Of a stretch of 64,000 nt of DNA, positions 1 to 9,074 are shown one piece after another; position 1 is the first letter of the stretch, and every line of letters starts with the position of its first letter. The notes beneath the pieces are model-generated. The model ran no database searches and was not told where the DNA came from. It saw nothing but the letters and a program-made list of their open reading frames with translations. Source of the DNA: Candidatus Krumholzibacteriota bacterium (GTDB lineage: Bacteria > Krumholzibacteriota > Krumholzibacteriia > JAJRXK01); assembly GCA_963806035.1 (NCBI GenBank), contig CAWDWO010000013.1:86803-150802 (forward strand), written 5' to 3'. The translations under genes were made by a program, and so were the position numbers.

Positions 1-933
1 CTTCTGGATGGACTCAACGCCCGCCAGGACGAACTCCTGCAAGAGGTGAGTTCGTTGCAAAGCGAAATCGCGCGCAGCGATTCGAGCGCTTCTCTGCGCC
101 GCGCGCGCCTGGCTTCTCAATTGCGCCACATGTACATGTACCGCAGCCAGAGCACCTTCGCCGTGCTCGCGACCAGTGGCGAGTTGGATCAATTGGGTCG
201 GAAGATGCGCGCCATGACATCGATTGCACGCGCCGAACGAAGTTTCATCGAGGACATTCAGGAGAGCCGTTCCGTCCTGCAGGACAAGGAAGCCGAGCTG
301 GACGAGCGCTTGGCGCAGCTCGAACAAAACCGCGGCCAGGTGCAGCAACAACGGGCGCGGGTGGACGCCCTCAAACAGGAGCGGCGCGAGCAGCTGGATC
401 AGATCAAGAAGGAGCGCAATCGCTGGGATTCCTCTTTGAAGGAGCTGCAGCAATCGGCGGCACAGTTGGAAGACCTCATGACACAACTGGAGAAACAGGG
501 TCAGAAGCATGGAGCCCAGCTCAACGCCGATTTTCCCGCCCTGAAGGGACAGCTTATCATGCCGGTGGCCGGAAGCATCACGCAGGGCTTTGGGCGTTCC
601 GTCCATCCCCGATTCAAGACGGTCGTGGTGAATCGCGGGATCAACATCGCGGCCGCCATGGGCGCTCCCATCCGCGTAGTTGCGCAGGGTGTCGTCGATT
701 ACGTGAACTGGTTGCCCGGCTATGGCAAGTGCATTATCGTCAACCACGGCGACGGTTGGTACACCCTCTACGCTCATTGCTCGCAGATCTTCCCCGCGGT
801 ATCGGCAACGGTCCAATCCGGCGAGGTGATCGCGGAAGTGGGAGATACGGGCTCACTCGATGGCAGTCAACTCTACTTCGAAATTCGACACGGAAAGACT
901 CCCGTCGATCCCGCGCCCTGGTTTCGCCGCTGA
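1..933 (+). CDS. Murein hydrolase activator EnvC-like protein (coiled coil + M23 peptidase-like domain), 5' truncated
   Basis: Frame 1 is open from base 1. A long coiled coil precedes an M23/LytM-type C-terminus (GINIAA...YGKCIIVNHGDGWYTLYAH...LYFEIRHGKTPVDP) with degenerate metal ligands, as in EnvC. Confidence 0.85.
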   Translation, partial: LLDGLNARQDELLQEVSSLQSEIARSDSSASLRRARLASQLRHMYMYRSQSTFAVLATSGELDQLGRKMRAMTSIARAERSFIEDIQESRSVLQDKEAELDERLAQLEQNRGQVQQQRARVDALKQERREQLDQIKKERNRWDSSLKELQQSAAQLEDLMTQLEKQGQKHGAQLNADFPALKGQLIMPVAGSITQGFGRSVHPRFKTVVVNRGINIAAAMGAPIRVVAQGVVDYVNWLPGYGKCIIVNHGDGWYTLYAHCSQIFPAVSATVQSGEVIAEVGDTGSLDGSQLYFEIRHGKTPVDPAPWFRR

Positions 934-990
934 TCCCCCGCCCAAACTCTGCCCATCGAGCCTCTCCTTTGCGATTTTGACGGTGCGCTC

Positions 991-2124
991 ATGAGCGGCG
1001 GACTCGATCCTCTGCAGCGCAGCCCGGCCTTGACCAGCCTCGCCCGGGCGGCCCGCAGCGGCGAGCTGCCCAACAGCCTTCTTCTGGAGGGACCGGAGGG
1101 TTGCGGCAAACAGGAGGTCGCGCTCGCGCTGGCCGAGATTCTCCTGGAGGAGAACGCCGGGGACTCCCGCGGGCGCGTGGCGCGGCTCTCGCACCCCGAT
1201 CTCCTCTTCGTGTTTCCTGCGCAGGCCAACCTGAAGGTGGAGGGCTATCGCGAAATCCTCGACGCCAAGGCGGAAGAGCCCCTGGCACGAATCCGGCAGG
1301 CGAGCACCGCGATCATCGCGATCGGCGAGGTGGACAACCCGGGCTTTTGTACCATCCGGCGCGTGCGCCGTTTCGCCGAGGCCGTGCCCTTCGAGGCGCC
1401 TCGTAAAGTGGTGATACTGGCCGACGCCCATCGCATGAATCGCGCGGCGGCGAATGCTCTGCTCAAGACTCTGGAGGAACCACCGGCCACCGCGGTACTC
1501 CTTCTCTGTTCGCACCAGACCCATCTCATGCCCGCCACCGTGCGCAGCCGCTGCGCGCGCGTCCGGGTACCCGCCTTCAGCGAGGAGGATCTGAGGAGAC
1601 GGCTCAGCGAAAAGCACGGCCTCGATCAGGATGCGGCCGAGCAGATCGCGGCGGTCAGCGGCGGCAACGCCCGCCGCGCGCTCGATCTCATCGACCCCCA
1701 GTCGCTCATGGTGGCCTCCTGGGCGCGCACCCTGCTGACGCGGCTGCTCTCGGCGGAGCGAGCCGATCTTCTGGCGGGAGCCGAACGAGTTTCCAAGGGA
1801 CAGGATCCCAAGGGCGGCAAGGGCGCCAAGCTCACCGACGCCAGCCTGAGCGCTTCACGCGACGTGGCGATGCGCACCATCGATTTTCTCGTGGCCGATC
1901 TTCTGTCGCTGGTCCGTTTGCGTGAGGGATTCAAGGAGAATCGCGCGCTGACGGAGCGTCTCTCCAAGTGGCTTCGCCAAGAGCCGTCCATCGATCCGGG
2001 CCGCGCCGCCAAGATCCTCCTCAGAGCGCGCGATGATTTGGCCTTGAACGTGAACGTGGGATTGGTTCTCACCCATGCCTTCATGGAAGCGCTCGACTCC
2101 GCCGCGGCAAGAGGGAACGCGTAG
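991..2124 (+). CDS. holB: DNA polymerase III delta' subunit
   Basis: LLLEGPEGCGK, HPD, KVVILADAHRMNRAAANALLKTLEEPP and TVRSRC clamp-loader motifs; adjacent to tatD. Confidence 0.88.
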   Translation: MSGGLDPLQRSPALTSLARAARSGELPNSLLLEGPEGCGKQEVALALAEILLEENAGDSRGRVARLSHPDLLFVFPAQANLKVEGYREILDAKAEEPLARIRQASTAIIAIGEVDNPGFCTIRRVRRFAEAVPFEAPRKVVILADAHRMNRAAANALLKTLEEPPATAVLLLCSHQTHLMPATVRSRCARVRVPAFSEEDLRRRLSEKHGLDQDAAEQIAAVSGGNARRALDLIDPQSLMVASWARTLLTRLLSAERADLLAGAERVSKGQDPKGGKGAKLTDASLSASRDVAMRTIDFLVADLLSLVRLREGFKENRALTERLSKWLRQEPSIDPGRAAKILLRARDDLALNVNVGLVLTHAFMEALDSAAARGNA

Positions 2125-2127
2125 CTC

Positions 2128-2961
2128 ATGGCGGGACTCATCGACAGCCATCTCCATTTGGGCAGGGAGGAGTTTGACTCCGACCGCGAGAACGTGCGCG
2201 CGCGGGCCAGGGACGCGGGGGTGTGCGCGTTTCTCCACGTTGGTTTCGATTCCCCCTCCATCGAGGCGGCCCTGCGGCAGGCGGAAGGACGAAAGGACGA
2301 ATGGGTGGCCGCCGGCATTCATCCGCACGACGCGCGCGAGTGGGGTCCTTCGTCCGAGAAGCTCCTCGAAGAGCTGGCCAAGGCGGGCCGCATCGTGGCG
2401 GTGGGGGAGTGCGGTCTGGATTTCTATCGCGACCTTTCCCCCCGGCCGCTGCAAGAGCTCGCCTTCCGCGCCCAGATCGCGCTGGCCAAAGCTCTCGGGC
2501 TTCCCATGATCTACCACGTGCGCGATGCCTACCCCGAGGCCAAGCGGATCCTGCTCGAGGAGGGTCTGCCGCCCCGCCGCGGCATCTTCCACGCCTTCGC
2601 CGGTGACGCCGAGTTCGCGGCCTGGGCGAAAGACGAGGGCTTCCTCTTGGGGGTGGGGGGACCGCTCACTTACCCCAAGTCCAAGCTACCCGAGGCGATC
2701 GAGAAGATCCCGCGCGAGAGCTTGATCCTGGAGACGGACGCTCCCTGGCTCCCGCCCCAGCCCTTCCGCGGGCGGCGCAACGAGCCGGCCTATCTGCGCA
2801 TCACCGCGGAGCATCTCGCGCTGGCCCAGGGGGTTTCGGTGGACGAGCTGGCGCGCGGAATGGCGGAGTCCTTCGCCTCCCTTTTCGGCGTGGAATTTAC
2901 CGACACATTTGACGCTTTCGTCCCTTCCCGCCGCGCCATTCCCAAAGGGCGGGCGCGTTGA
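2128..2961 (+). CDS. tatD: TatD family hydrolase
   Basis: IDSHLHL, GIHPH, VAVGECGLDFY, H-R-DA and ETDAPWL...RNEP motifs. Confidence 0.92.
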   Translation: MAGLIDSHLHLGREEFDSDRENVRARARDAGVCAFLHVGFDSPSIEAALRQAEGRKDEWVAAGIHPHDAREWGPSSEKLLEELAKAGRIVAVGECGLDFYRDLSPRPLQELAFRAQIALAKALGLPMIYHVRDAYPEAKRILLEEGLPPRRGIFHAFAGDAEFAAWAKDEGFLLGVGGPLTYPKSKLPEAIEKIPRESLILETDAPWLPPQPFRGRRNEPAYLRITAEHLALAQGVSVDELARGMAESFASLFGVEFTDTFDAFVPSRRAIPKGRAR

Positions 2962-2987
2962 CAGGCCAAGGTCTCGGGTGCTATCCT
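2958..2987 (+). promoter_or_regulatory. sigma70-type promoter upstream of the rsmA region
   Basis: TTGACA (2958-2963), 18-nt spacer, TG-c-TATCCT extended -10 (2982-2987). Confidence 0.6.
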
Positions 2988-3191
2988 CGTGAAATCAAAC
3001 CAGGACCGGATTTTGACCGGTCTCCCCTGCCAACTCGCCTCTCCTCTCCGGAGGTCTTGCCACCGCATCTGTGCTACGGTTCGCGCTCGGATCGAGCGTG
3101 TCCCCGAGTTTTTCGAACTCGGGCATCGAGGGGAACTGGTTCCCCAGTGGTTCAAGGCCGGCTTCGTGACGGCGCTCTCGCTTTTTGGTGT

Positions 3192-4034
3192 ATGACTCCG
3201 CACGAATCCCAAGCAGCGCTTCTGAGGAAATACGGTCTGCGCCTGAACAAGCGTCTGGGCCAGCATTTCCTCGTCGATCAACGGGTTCTGGCACGGATCG
3301 TGGATTCCATCCGCGATTTGGGCGTGCGCCGCGTGGTCGAATTGGGCGCCGGAGCGGGAGCTCTCAGCGCCGCACTTCTGCGCGCGGGCCTTCAAGTGGA
3401 AGCGCTCGAGCTGGACGAGAGGATGCTCGAGCTTCTGAAAAACGAATACGCGTCCGAGGGACTGAAAGTGCGCCGGGCGGACATCGCGCGGGAGGATCTG
3501 GCCGAAACGGTGGGTTCTGAGCCCATGTGTTTCGCGGGAAACCTCCCCTACCAGGTGACGAGCCCTGTGCTCTTTTCCCTGGGTGAAGCGCTCATGCGGC
3601 CCGCGTGCACGGGGGCGATCCTCATGATGCAGGCCGAAGTGGCAGCACGACTGTGCGCGAAGCCGGGAACGAAAGAATACGGGGTGCTCACGGTGCTCCT
3701 CCAAGCGCGTTGTAGGGTGCGTAGAATCGCGCGCGTGCGTCCCGGCTCGTTTCTCCCCCCGCCCAAAGTGCATTCGGCGGTGGTGGAGCTTCAGCCGCGC
3801 GAGGAGGTCGTGAAGTTCGACGAGCGGGGCACGAAGCTGGTCAAGGAGCTGTTTCGCGAAAGGCGCAAACAGATCGGCGGCCTTTTGAGGCGCCGCGAAG
3901 GCTTAGACGAGGATGGATTGACGCAGCTGCGGGACTCGACGGGAATCGACCCCCGGCTTCGTCCGGAAGACTTGAGTATTTCGGATTTCAGGGCACTGGA
4001 CCTCTACCTGGAAGAGTTGCGGAACGAATCATGA
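3192..4034 (+). CDS. rsmA: 16S rRNA m6(2)A1518/1519 dimethyltransferase
   Basis: KRLGQHFLVD, VELGAGAG, GNLPYQVTS, MMQAEVA and FLPPPKVHS motifs. The start is placed at ATG 3192; the ORF-track N-terminal extension shows no homology. Confidence 0.93.
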   Translation: MTPHESQAALLRKYGLRLNKRLGQHFLVDQRVLARIVDSIRDLGVRRVVELGAGAGALSAALLRAGLQVEALELDERMLELLKNEYASEGLKVRRADIAREDLAETVGSEPMCFAGNLPYQVTSPVLFSLGEALMRPACTGAILMMQAEVAARLCAKPGTKEYGVLTVLLQARCRVRRIARVRPGSFLPPPKVHSAVVELQPREEVVKFDERGTKLVKELFRERRKQIGGLLRRREGLDEDGLTQLRDSTGIDPRLRPEDLSISDFRALDLYLEELRNES

Positions 4035-6202
4035 CCAGAAGCCGCAGGGGGTGGAGGACCAGTTCTCGGGGAGTCGCGCTAGCGACTCTGGTCACGCTGT
4101 ATCTGTGCGCGATCAGCGGCACTGCGACGGCTCAGAGCGATGCGCAGGCAGACAGCTCAGGCACGGGAGTGCAGGATTTGGGATCGATCGTCAATCAGAG
4201 CATCGCAGCGCAGACGGACTCCAGCTCCCAGGCGAACTCCGCCGCCAAGAGCGATTCCACCGGAATTGTGGGACTCCGCAAACAGCTGGAAGAGTTGGGT
4301 GGAATGGCCTGGCTTGGTTTCGTGGGACCGGAAGTGAGGAACCGGCCCACGCTCAAGGGCGGCTACGATTCCGGACAATCCAACTACGGACCCTATTTCG
4401 ACATCAACGTTCCCCTGCTGGTGGCGGGCGGTTTCTCCACCACGAGCAGCTACCATCGCGAGAGCCTCGAGGAACCCGCCACCCAGCAGAACAAAGTGGG
4501 CCGCGAGATCCACAGCAGCTGGAAGCGTCCCATGAGCGATTGGGGAAGCTTCAACCTCGACTTCCGGCGCCGCAGCAACGAAACGAACCGCGTCGGTTTC
4601 GCCAAGAGTACCTCGGAGAACACCAATCTCTCCTCCAGTCTGACGGGCACCGCGGACCTCGGCGACACCGGTATCGACGGCAAGTGGGCGGTCAAGGGAA
4701 ACATCAAGGACGACAAGGTCACTTCGGGTTCTCGCGCGGGCGCCACGAACCAGACCCTCAATACCGGCACTTTCTCGCTGGGAACCGGCCGCAAAGTGGG
4801 CGACATGAACGTGGCGCTGAATGCCGGCCTGGACGTCTCGGCCGGACCGCAGACTCTTTCCGCGGCGACCGACGGAAGCAACGCCCAGCAGGATACCAAA
4901 ACCAGCGTGAGCGACACCTTGGGGGTGAATCTCCGCTGGCAGCAGGGGAAGAACCGCAGCTTCAGTGCCCAAATCAGTCGACAGGTCTTCAACGAAGACC
5001 GTTTGGATTATCTGAAGGACTTTCGCGGAGTCTCGATCTTCGATCCCGACACCCGGCTCAAGATCGTGGGCAGCGAGAGCGAGAGCAGGAACATCACCAG
5101 CGTCAACCTCACGGCCACGACACCCATCTACCGCTCGCTGAGAACCAATTTGGGCTACAACCTGCAGCGTAAGGAAACCCACTACACTCTGAGCGAGCAG
5201 GGCTTCATTCCCGAACACATGCAAAACTTCAACGGCGATGTCACCTTCCGCTACGCGCAGGCGGGAAGCCTGAAGGTGAGCCTCGGTCTCAGCCAGCTCT
5301 GGGACGACCGGCGCTCCAGGGGGTCCAAGGAGCTGCGCGGCAAGCACTTCAGCAACTCGAACAGCGTGAGCTTCACCATCGATCAGCACCTCCTGGGAGC
5401 CACCGATCTCAAGGTCCTGTACGCCGAGGACCTGACCCAACAGGTCTACGACTACAAACTGGAGACGGGAACCCTGGATATCGACGTGCTCTCCAAGCGC
5501 GTGGACGCCAGACTGAGTTCGGATGCGTTCAGCAAGATCAAGGTGACGCTCACCGGAACCTACAAGACCGCGGCCAACGTCTTTCTGGATGCGAAGCAAG
5601 TGGCCAACAACAACCGCGACCAGAACACCTGGAAAGTGAGTGGCGATTACGCCTGGCAGCTCACGCAGGCCGTGAGTTTCTCGCAGAGTTACCAGCTCGG
5701 GATCGATTACACCGACTACTACTATTCGTACGTGCCCGAAGTAAACCAACGGGACAAGTTCTACAAGCGCACGCAGCTCAAGACGGATCTCAATTTGAAG
5801 TTGCCGGGCGCGGCCAGCTTCGGCCTCAGCCACAGCGTGGACCGGACGCGCGGCGGCAACAAGCTGCTGCAGGATGACGTGGAGGCGAGCGGCTACACCG
5901 ACGACCTGGCGCGCCGTCAGGACGAACAGAGGTTGAACGCATCGGTCTCATTTCCGCTCGTGCTGGGATACAAGGTCTCGGTGGAGACCAACCGCACCTG
6001 GCGCACTCTGCAGGGTGCCAACGATGAATTTCAGGGGAACATCCGCGCCGGCGTGAAGGGACTTCAGACCTTCCTGAACGATCGCATGACCCTCTCCCTG
6101 GACCTGGGCTACGTGTGGGCCTACGGGCCGCCGCGCGTCATCCGCATCGAACGGGACCGGCGTTTCTTCACCTCCTCCACTTACTTGTCCTGGGCTTTCT
6201 GA
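4031..6202 (+). CDS. Hypothetical outer-membrane beta-barrel protein
   Basis: Signal peptide (..GTATA/QSD), many amphipathic S/T/N/Y-rich beta-strand-like segments, and a BAM-type C-terminus YLSWAF. Confidence 0.7.
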   Translation: MTRSRRGWRTSSRGVALATLVTLYLCAISGTATAQSDAQADSSGTGVQDLGSIVNQSIAAQTDSSSQANSAAKSDSTGIVGLRKQLEELGGMAWLGFVGPEVRNRPTLKGGYDSGQSNYGPYFDINVPLLVAGGFSTTSSYHRESLEEPATQQNKVGREIHSSWKRPMSDWGSFNLDFRRRSNETNRVGFAKSTSENTNLSSSLTGTADLGDTGIDGKWAVKGNIKDDKVTSGSRAGATNQTLNTGTFSLGTGRKVGDMNVALNAGLDVSAGPQTLSAATDGSNAQQDTKTSVSDTLGVNLRWQQGKNRSFSAQISRQVFNEDRLDYLKDFRGVSIFDPDTRLKIVGSESESRNITSVNLTATTPIYRSLRTNLGYNLQRKETHYTLSEQGFIPEHMQNFNGDVTFRYAQAGSLKVSLGLSQLWDDRRSRGSKELRGKHFSNSNSVSFTIDQHLLGATDLKVLYAEDLTQQVYDYKLETGTLDIDVLSKRVDARLSSDAFSKIKVTLTGTYKTAANVFLDAKQVANNNRDQNTWKVSGDYAWQLTQAVSFSQSYQLGIDYTDYYYSYVPEVNQRDKFYKRTQLKTDLNLKLPGAASFGLSHSVDRTRGGNKLLQDDVEASGYTDDLARRQDEQRLNASVSFPLVLGYKVSVETNRTWRTLQGANDEFQGNIRAGVKGLQTFLNDRMTLSLDLGYVWAYGPPRVIRIERDRRFFTSSTYLSWAF

Positions 6203-6212
6203 AAGGGCTTCG

Positions 6213-6785
6213 ATGTCGCGTCTGCTCCTCATCACCGTGCTCGCCGCATTGCTCTTGGGCGGATGCTTCTTCAAGACGCGTACGCCCGAGCAGCCCGATT
6301 TCGGCGGCGGCTGCCAGGTCGACTTCCGCTTCAACGACCGTTGGGAAAACGTGATCTTCAATCTGGAGGGGGCGTTGAAGTGCGGGGATCCGACGGAGTA
6401 TCTTGATGTCATCGGCAAGGACTTCGTCTACGAACCCACGGCGAACCTGATGGCCCAGTACCCCGCAGTGTTCAGCACGGTGTGGACCAAGGATCGGGAG
6501 AGCGCGTTCATTCAGAACGCTTTCGCGGGCTCGCTCTTCCAGGCCTCGCTGGCCGACAGCATTCTCTCCGGGCCCACCGACAGCGGCGACGTCACACGGC
6601 TCACCGCGCGCTACGTGGTCAACGAAGTGGACGCATCGGGAACGCCCACTGGCCGCAGCTGGGAGGGCATCGCCGACTATGAATTTCTGCGCGGGAGTCT
6701 GGTCACCATGGTCCTCTGGAGGGACAATGACAGCTCAGGATTGCCTTTCGGGGAGCTGCGGGCCGAATTGGCGGGAGGTAACTGA
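6213..6785 (+). CDS. Hypothetical lipoprotein, probably NTF2/SnoaL-like; paralog of 6893-7528
   Basis: Lipobox LLGG/C; shares the N..A....EY.......F, W....E, ARY and W-D pattern with the next gene. Confidence 0.7.
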   Translation: MSRLLLITVLAALLLGGCFFKTRTPEQPDFGGGCQVDFRFNDRWENVIFNLEGALKCGDPTEYLDVIGKDFVYEPTANLMAQYPAVFSTVWTKDRESAFIQNAFAGSLFQASLADSILSGPTDSGDVTRLTARYVVNEVDASGTPTGRSWEGIADYEFLRGSLVTMVLWRDNDSSGLPFGELRAELAGGN

Positions 6786-6827
6786 AACTCAATTGCTAAA
6801 CCCAATTTTCCTCGACACTCGGGACGA

Positions 6828-6856
6828 TGGCATCGTCCGCGCCGATTTGCTACAAT
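6828..6856 (+). promoter_or_regulatory. sigma70-type promoter for the second lipoprotein
   Basis: TGGCAT, 17 nt, TG-c-TACAAT; GGAGG RBS at about 6880 before ATG 6893. Confidence 0.5.
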
Positions 6857-6892
6857 TCTGTCCACAAGGACGCATCATTGGAGGTTTTGCCC

Positions 6893-7528
6893 ATGTTTGC
6901 CCCAACTCGACTCAAGCGCCGGCTGACTCCCGTCTTGCTGCTGTTTCTCATCGCAGTACTCGCGGCGGGCTGCGGTGTCTTTTCCCCCGACGAGAGTAAG
7001 AATAACGGCGGCGGTGGCACCGATCGCGGGGTGTTCAAACCCGCCACCTCCCCCGACCAGTGTATGGCCAACTTCAAGAACGCCTGGGAGCAGCGCACGC
7101 TCGTGGAGTACGAGAAGCTTCTGGACGATCAATTTCAGTTCTTCTTCGATCCCAACGACGGTCTGGAGCAGTTCGTGGGTCCCAGCTGGGGACGCACCGA
7201 GGAACTGGATTCGGCGAAGTCGATCTTCGAGGGCGATGCCGGCTACGACCTCATCAAGCAGGAGGACATCCCGCCCGTCCTGAGCATCGAGTTCACCACC
7301 TTCTCCAAGGTCTTCGACTGGCAGGATCCGGGGACCGACCAGCTCTACGAGGGGACGGTCAAGGCGCGCTACAAGGTGGGGATCAAGGTCAGTTTCCAGG
7401 GGGTCGAGCAGACCACGCTGGTCACCGGAGACAACGATTTCTACGTGAAGGGCTACCCGCAGAGCGACGGGACCACCCTCTACAAGATCAAGGTCTGGGA
7501 GGACCAGGGACAGAACCTGGGCGGCTGA
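6893..7528 (+). CDS. Hypothetical lipoprotein, probably NTF2/SnoaL-like
   Basis: GGAGG RBS, lipobox LAAG/C, paralogous to 6213-6785. Confidence 0.72.
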   Translation: MFAPTRLKRRLTPVLLLFLIAVLAAGCGVFSPDESKNNGGGGTDRGVFKPATSPDQCMANFKNAWEQRTLVEYEKLLDDQFQFFFDPNDGLEQFVGPSWGRTEELDSAKSIFEGDAGYDLIKQEDIPPVLSIEFTTFSKVFDWQDPGTDQLYEGTVKARYKVGIKVSFQGVEQTTLVTGDNDFYVKGYPQSDGTTLYKIKVWEDQGQNLGG

Positions 7529-7564
7529 GCCGCTCGTCTTCCTGTCTTTCTCCCTCACGACCAC

Positions 7565-7600
7565 GATGCCCCCGCCTTTGGCGGGGGCATCTTCGTTCGT
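7565..7600 (+). terminator. Intrinsic terminator hairpin
   Basis: GATGCCCCCGCC-TTT-GGCGGGGGCATC perfect 12-bp stem followed by TTCGTTCGT. Confidence 0.7.
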
Positions 7601-7698
7601 GGACGCTGGGGCGTACCCTGTGCTAAGACAACGCGAACCCGCGTGCCCGGCTTTCCGGCCGGGCGCGCCCATGGAATCACAGCGGAGAGCCACCCTCG

Positions 7699-8877
7699 AT
7701 GTTCGCAAGCTCCAAGAGACGCCGGCGCGGCCGGTCCAAGAAATCACAGCGCAGCGCCCGTCCCGTTCTCGTCCTGCTCGTCATGATCCTGGTGGCCGGC
7801 AGCGCCACCGTGGCCTGGCTCAGAAGTGAGCGGGGCGAAATCTGGTTGGCCGAGCGCGGGGTGGCGAGCGCCCAGGAGCACTGCGCGCAGCTCTGGCAGA
7901 GCAGTTTGCTCGACGGCCTGATGGACGCGGGCATCCCCCCCGACAGCGTGGTGGTCCATCCGGGTTATCCGGTCGAGGTGGAGGTCGGCGCCAGCTGCGA
8001 TCTCTTCGCGCTCAATCTGGCCGTGACCCGGCGCCTCGAGGCGGCCGGCGGCCAGGTCGCCAAAGGGGAGCGTTTCGAGGATCAGGGCTCCTCGGTCTTG
8101 GAGCTCTGGTTGGGGGGGAAGGGCTACGTGAGCCACCGCTTGCTGGCCCGGCGCGGCCCCCAGGCATCGGCTCTGCAGCCGCCTCCTCCGCCCAAGGGTC
8201 TTCTGGCCATCGTGGTGGATGACTTCGGGCACAACCTGAACGCGACGGTGCGTCAGCTGCTCTCTCTGTCGGTCCCCATCACCGTGGCCATTCTGCCCGA
8301 GCGCCCGGCCAGTCTGCGGGTGCTCAGCGAGGCGCGCCGCGCCGGGAAAGAGGCGATCCTCCACATGCCGATGGAACCGGTGGCCGGGAGCAGCCCCGGT
8401 CCGGGAAAGCTGGCCCTGATGGTGGACATGAGCCGCGAGGAAGTCCGGCGCCGCCTCGAACGCGCCCTGGACGAGCTCTCCGGGGTGCAGGGCCTCAATA
8501 ACCACATGGGCAGCGAATTCACCCAGCACCCCGGCGGGATGGAGGTGGTGGCCCAGGTGCTGGCCGAGCGTGGACTGTATTTCCTGGATAGTCTCACCAG
8601 CCCCCATTCGGTGGCTTACGAGACGGTCCGGCGCTCCCACGTGCCCGCCCTGCGCAACGACCTCTTTCTGGATCTGGACGTGCAGGACCCGGCTCTCATC
8701 GAGCAGAGGCTCCAGCGGCTCATCGAGCGGGCGCGCCGCAAGGGCACGGCCATCGGAATCGGCCATCCCGAGCCGGCCACGGCCCGCGTGCTGCAGGAAA
8801 TTCTGCCCCAGTTGGACCCGCGAGACGTCAAACCAGTCTTTCTGAGCGAGATCCTGCGCAGTTTTCCGCAGTCCTGA
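7699..8877 (+). CDS. Divergent polysaccharide deacetylase family protein (YibQ-like), N-terminal membrane anchor
   Basis: AIVVDDFG, LHMPMEP, GLNNHMGSEFT, FLDSLT, FLD and IGIGHP motifs. Confidence 0.9.
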   Translation: MFASSKRRRRGRSKKSQRSARPVLVLLVMILVAGSATVAWLRSERGEIWLAERGVASAQEHCAQLWQSSLLDGLMDAGIPPDSVVVHPGYPVEVEVGASCDLFALNLAVTRRLEAAGGQVAKGERFEDQGSSVLELWLGGKGYVSHRLLARRGPQASALQPPPPPKGLLAIVVDDFGHNLNATVRQLLSLSVPITVAILPERPASLRVLSEARRAGKEAILHMPMEPVAGSSPGPGKLALMVDMSREEVRRRLERALDELSGVQGLNNHMGSEFTQHPGGMEVVAQVLAERGLYFLDSLTSPHSVAYETVRRSHVPALRNDLFLDLDVQDPALIEQRLQRLIERARRKGTAIGIGHPEPATARVLQEILPQLDPRDVKPVFLSEILRSFPQS

Positions 8878-8892
8878 ATCGCCGTGCCCTCG

Positions 8893-8920
8893 TTGACAGG
8901 CTGAGAGGCCCGGCTATACT
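8893..8920 (+). promoter_or_regulatory. sigma70 promoter of secDF
   Basis: TTGACA (8893-8898), 16 nt, TATACT (8915-8920). Confidence 0.7.
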
Positions 8921-9074
8921 TGTTGGGTTTCGGTCGCAGACGGAACTCCTTGCTGGAGGCTCGCCTCCGCCCGAATCCCGCCGAGGCCGGGATGCGCCCG
9001 GCTGAACCTCACGGCACCAACCAAACCCCCGGAGCGCGGGCTTCTCGCTTCTGCGCCAGTTGGGTGAAAATGGA

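Noticed and set aside
8965..9020. c-di-GMP-I riboswitch in the secD leader
   Set aside because: Only superficial resemblance; the GNRA tetraloop/receptor and the GCAAA elements are missing.
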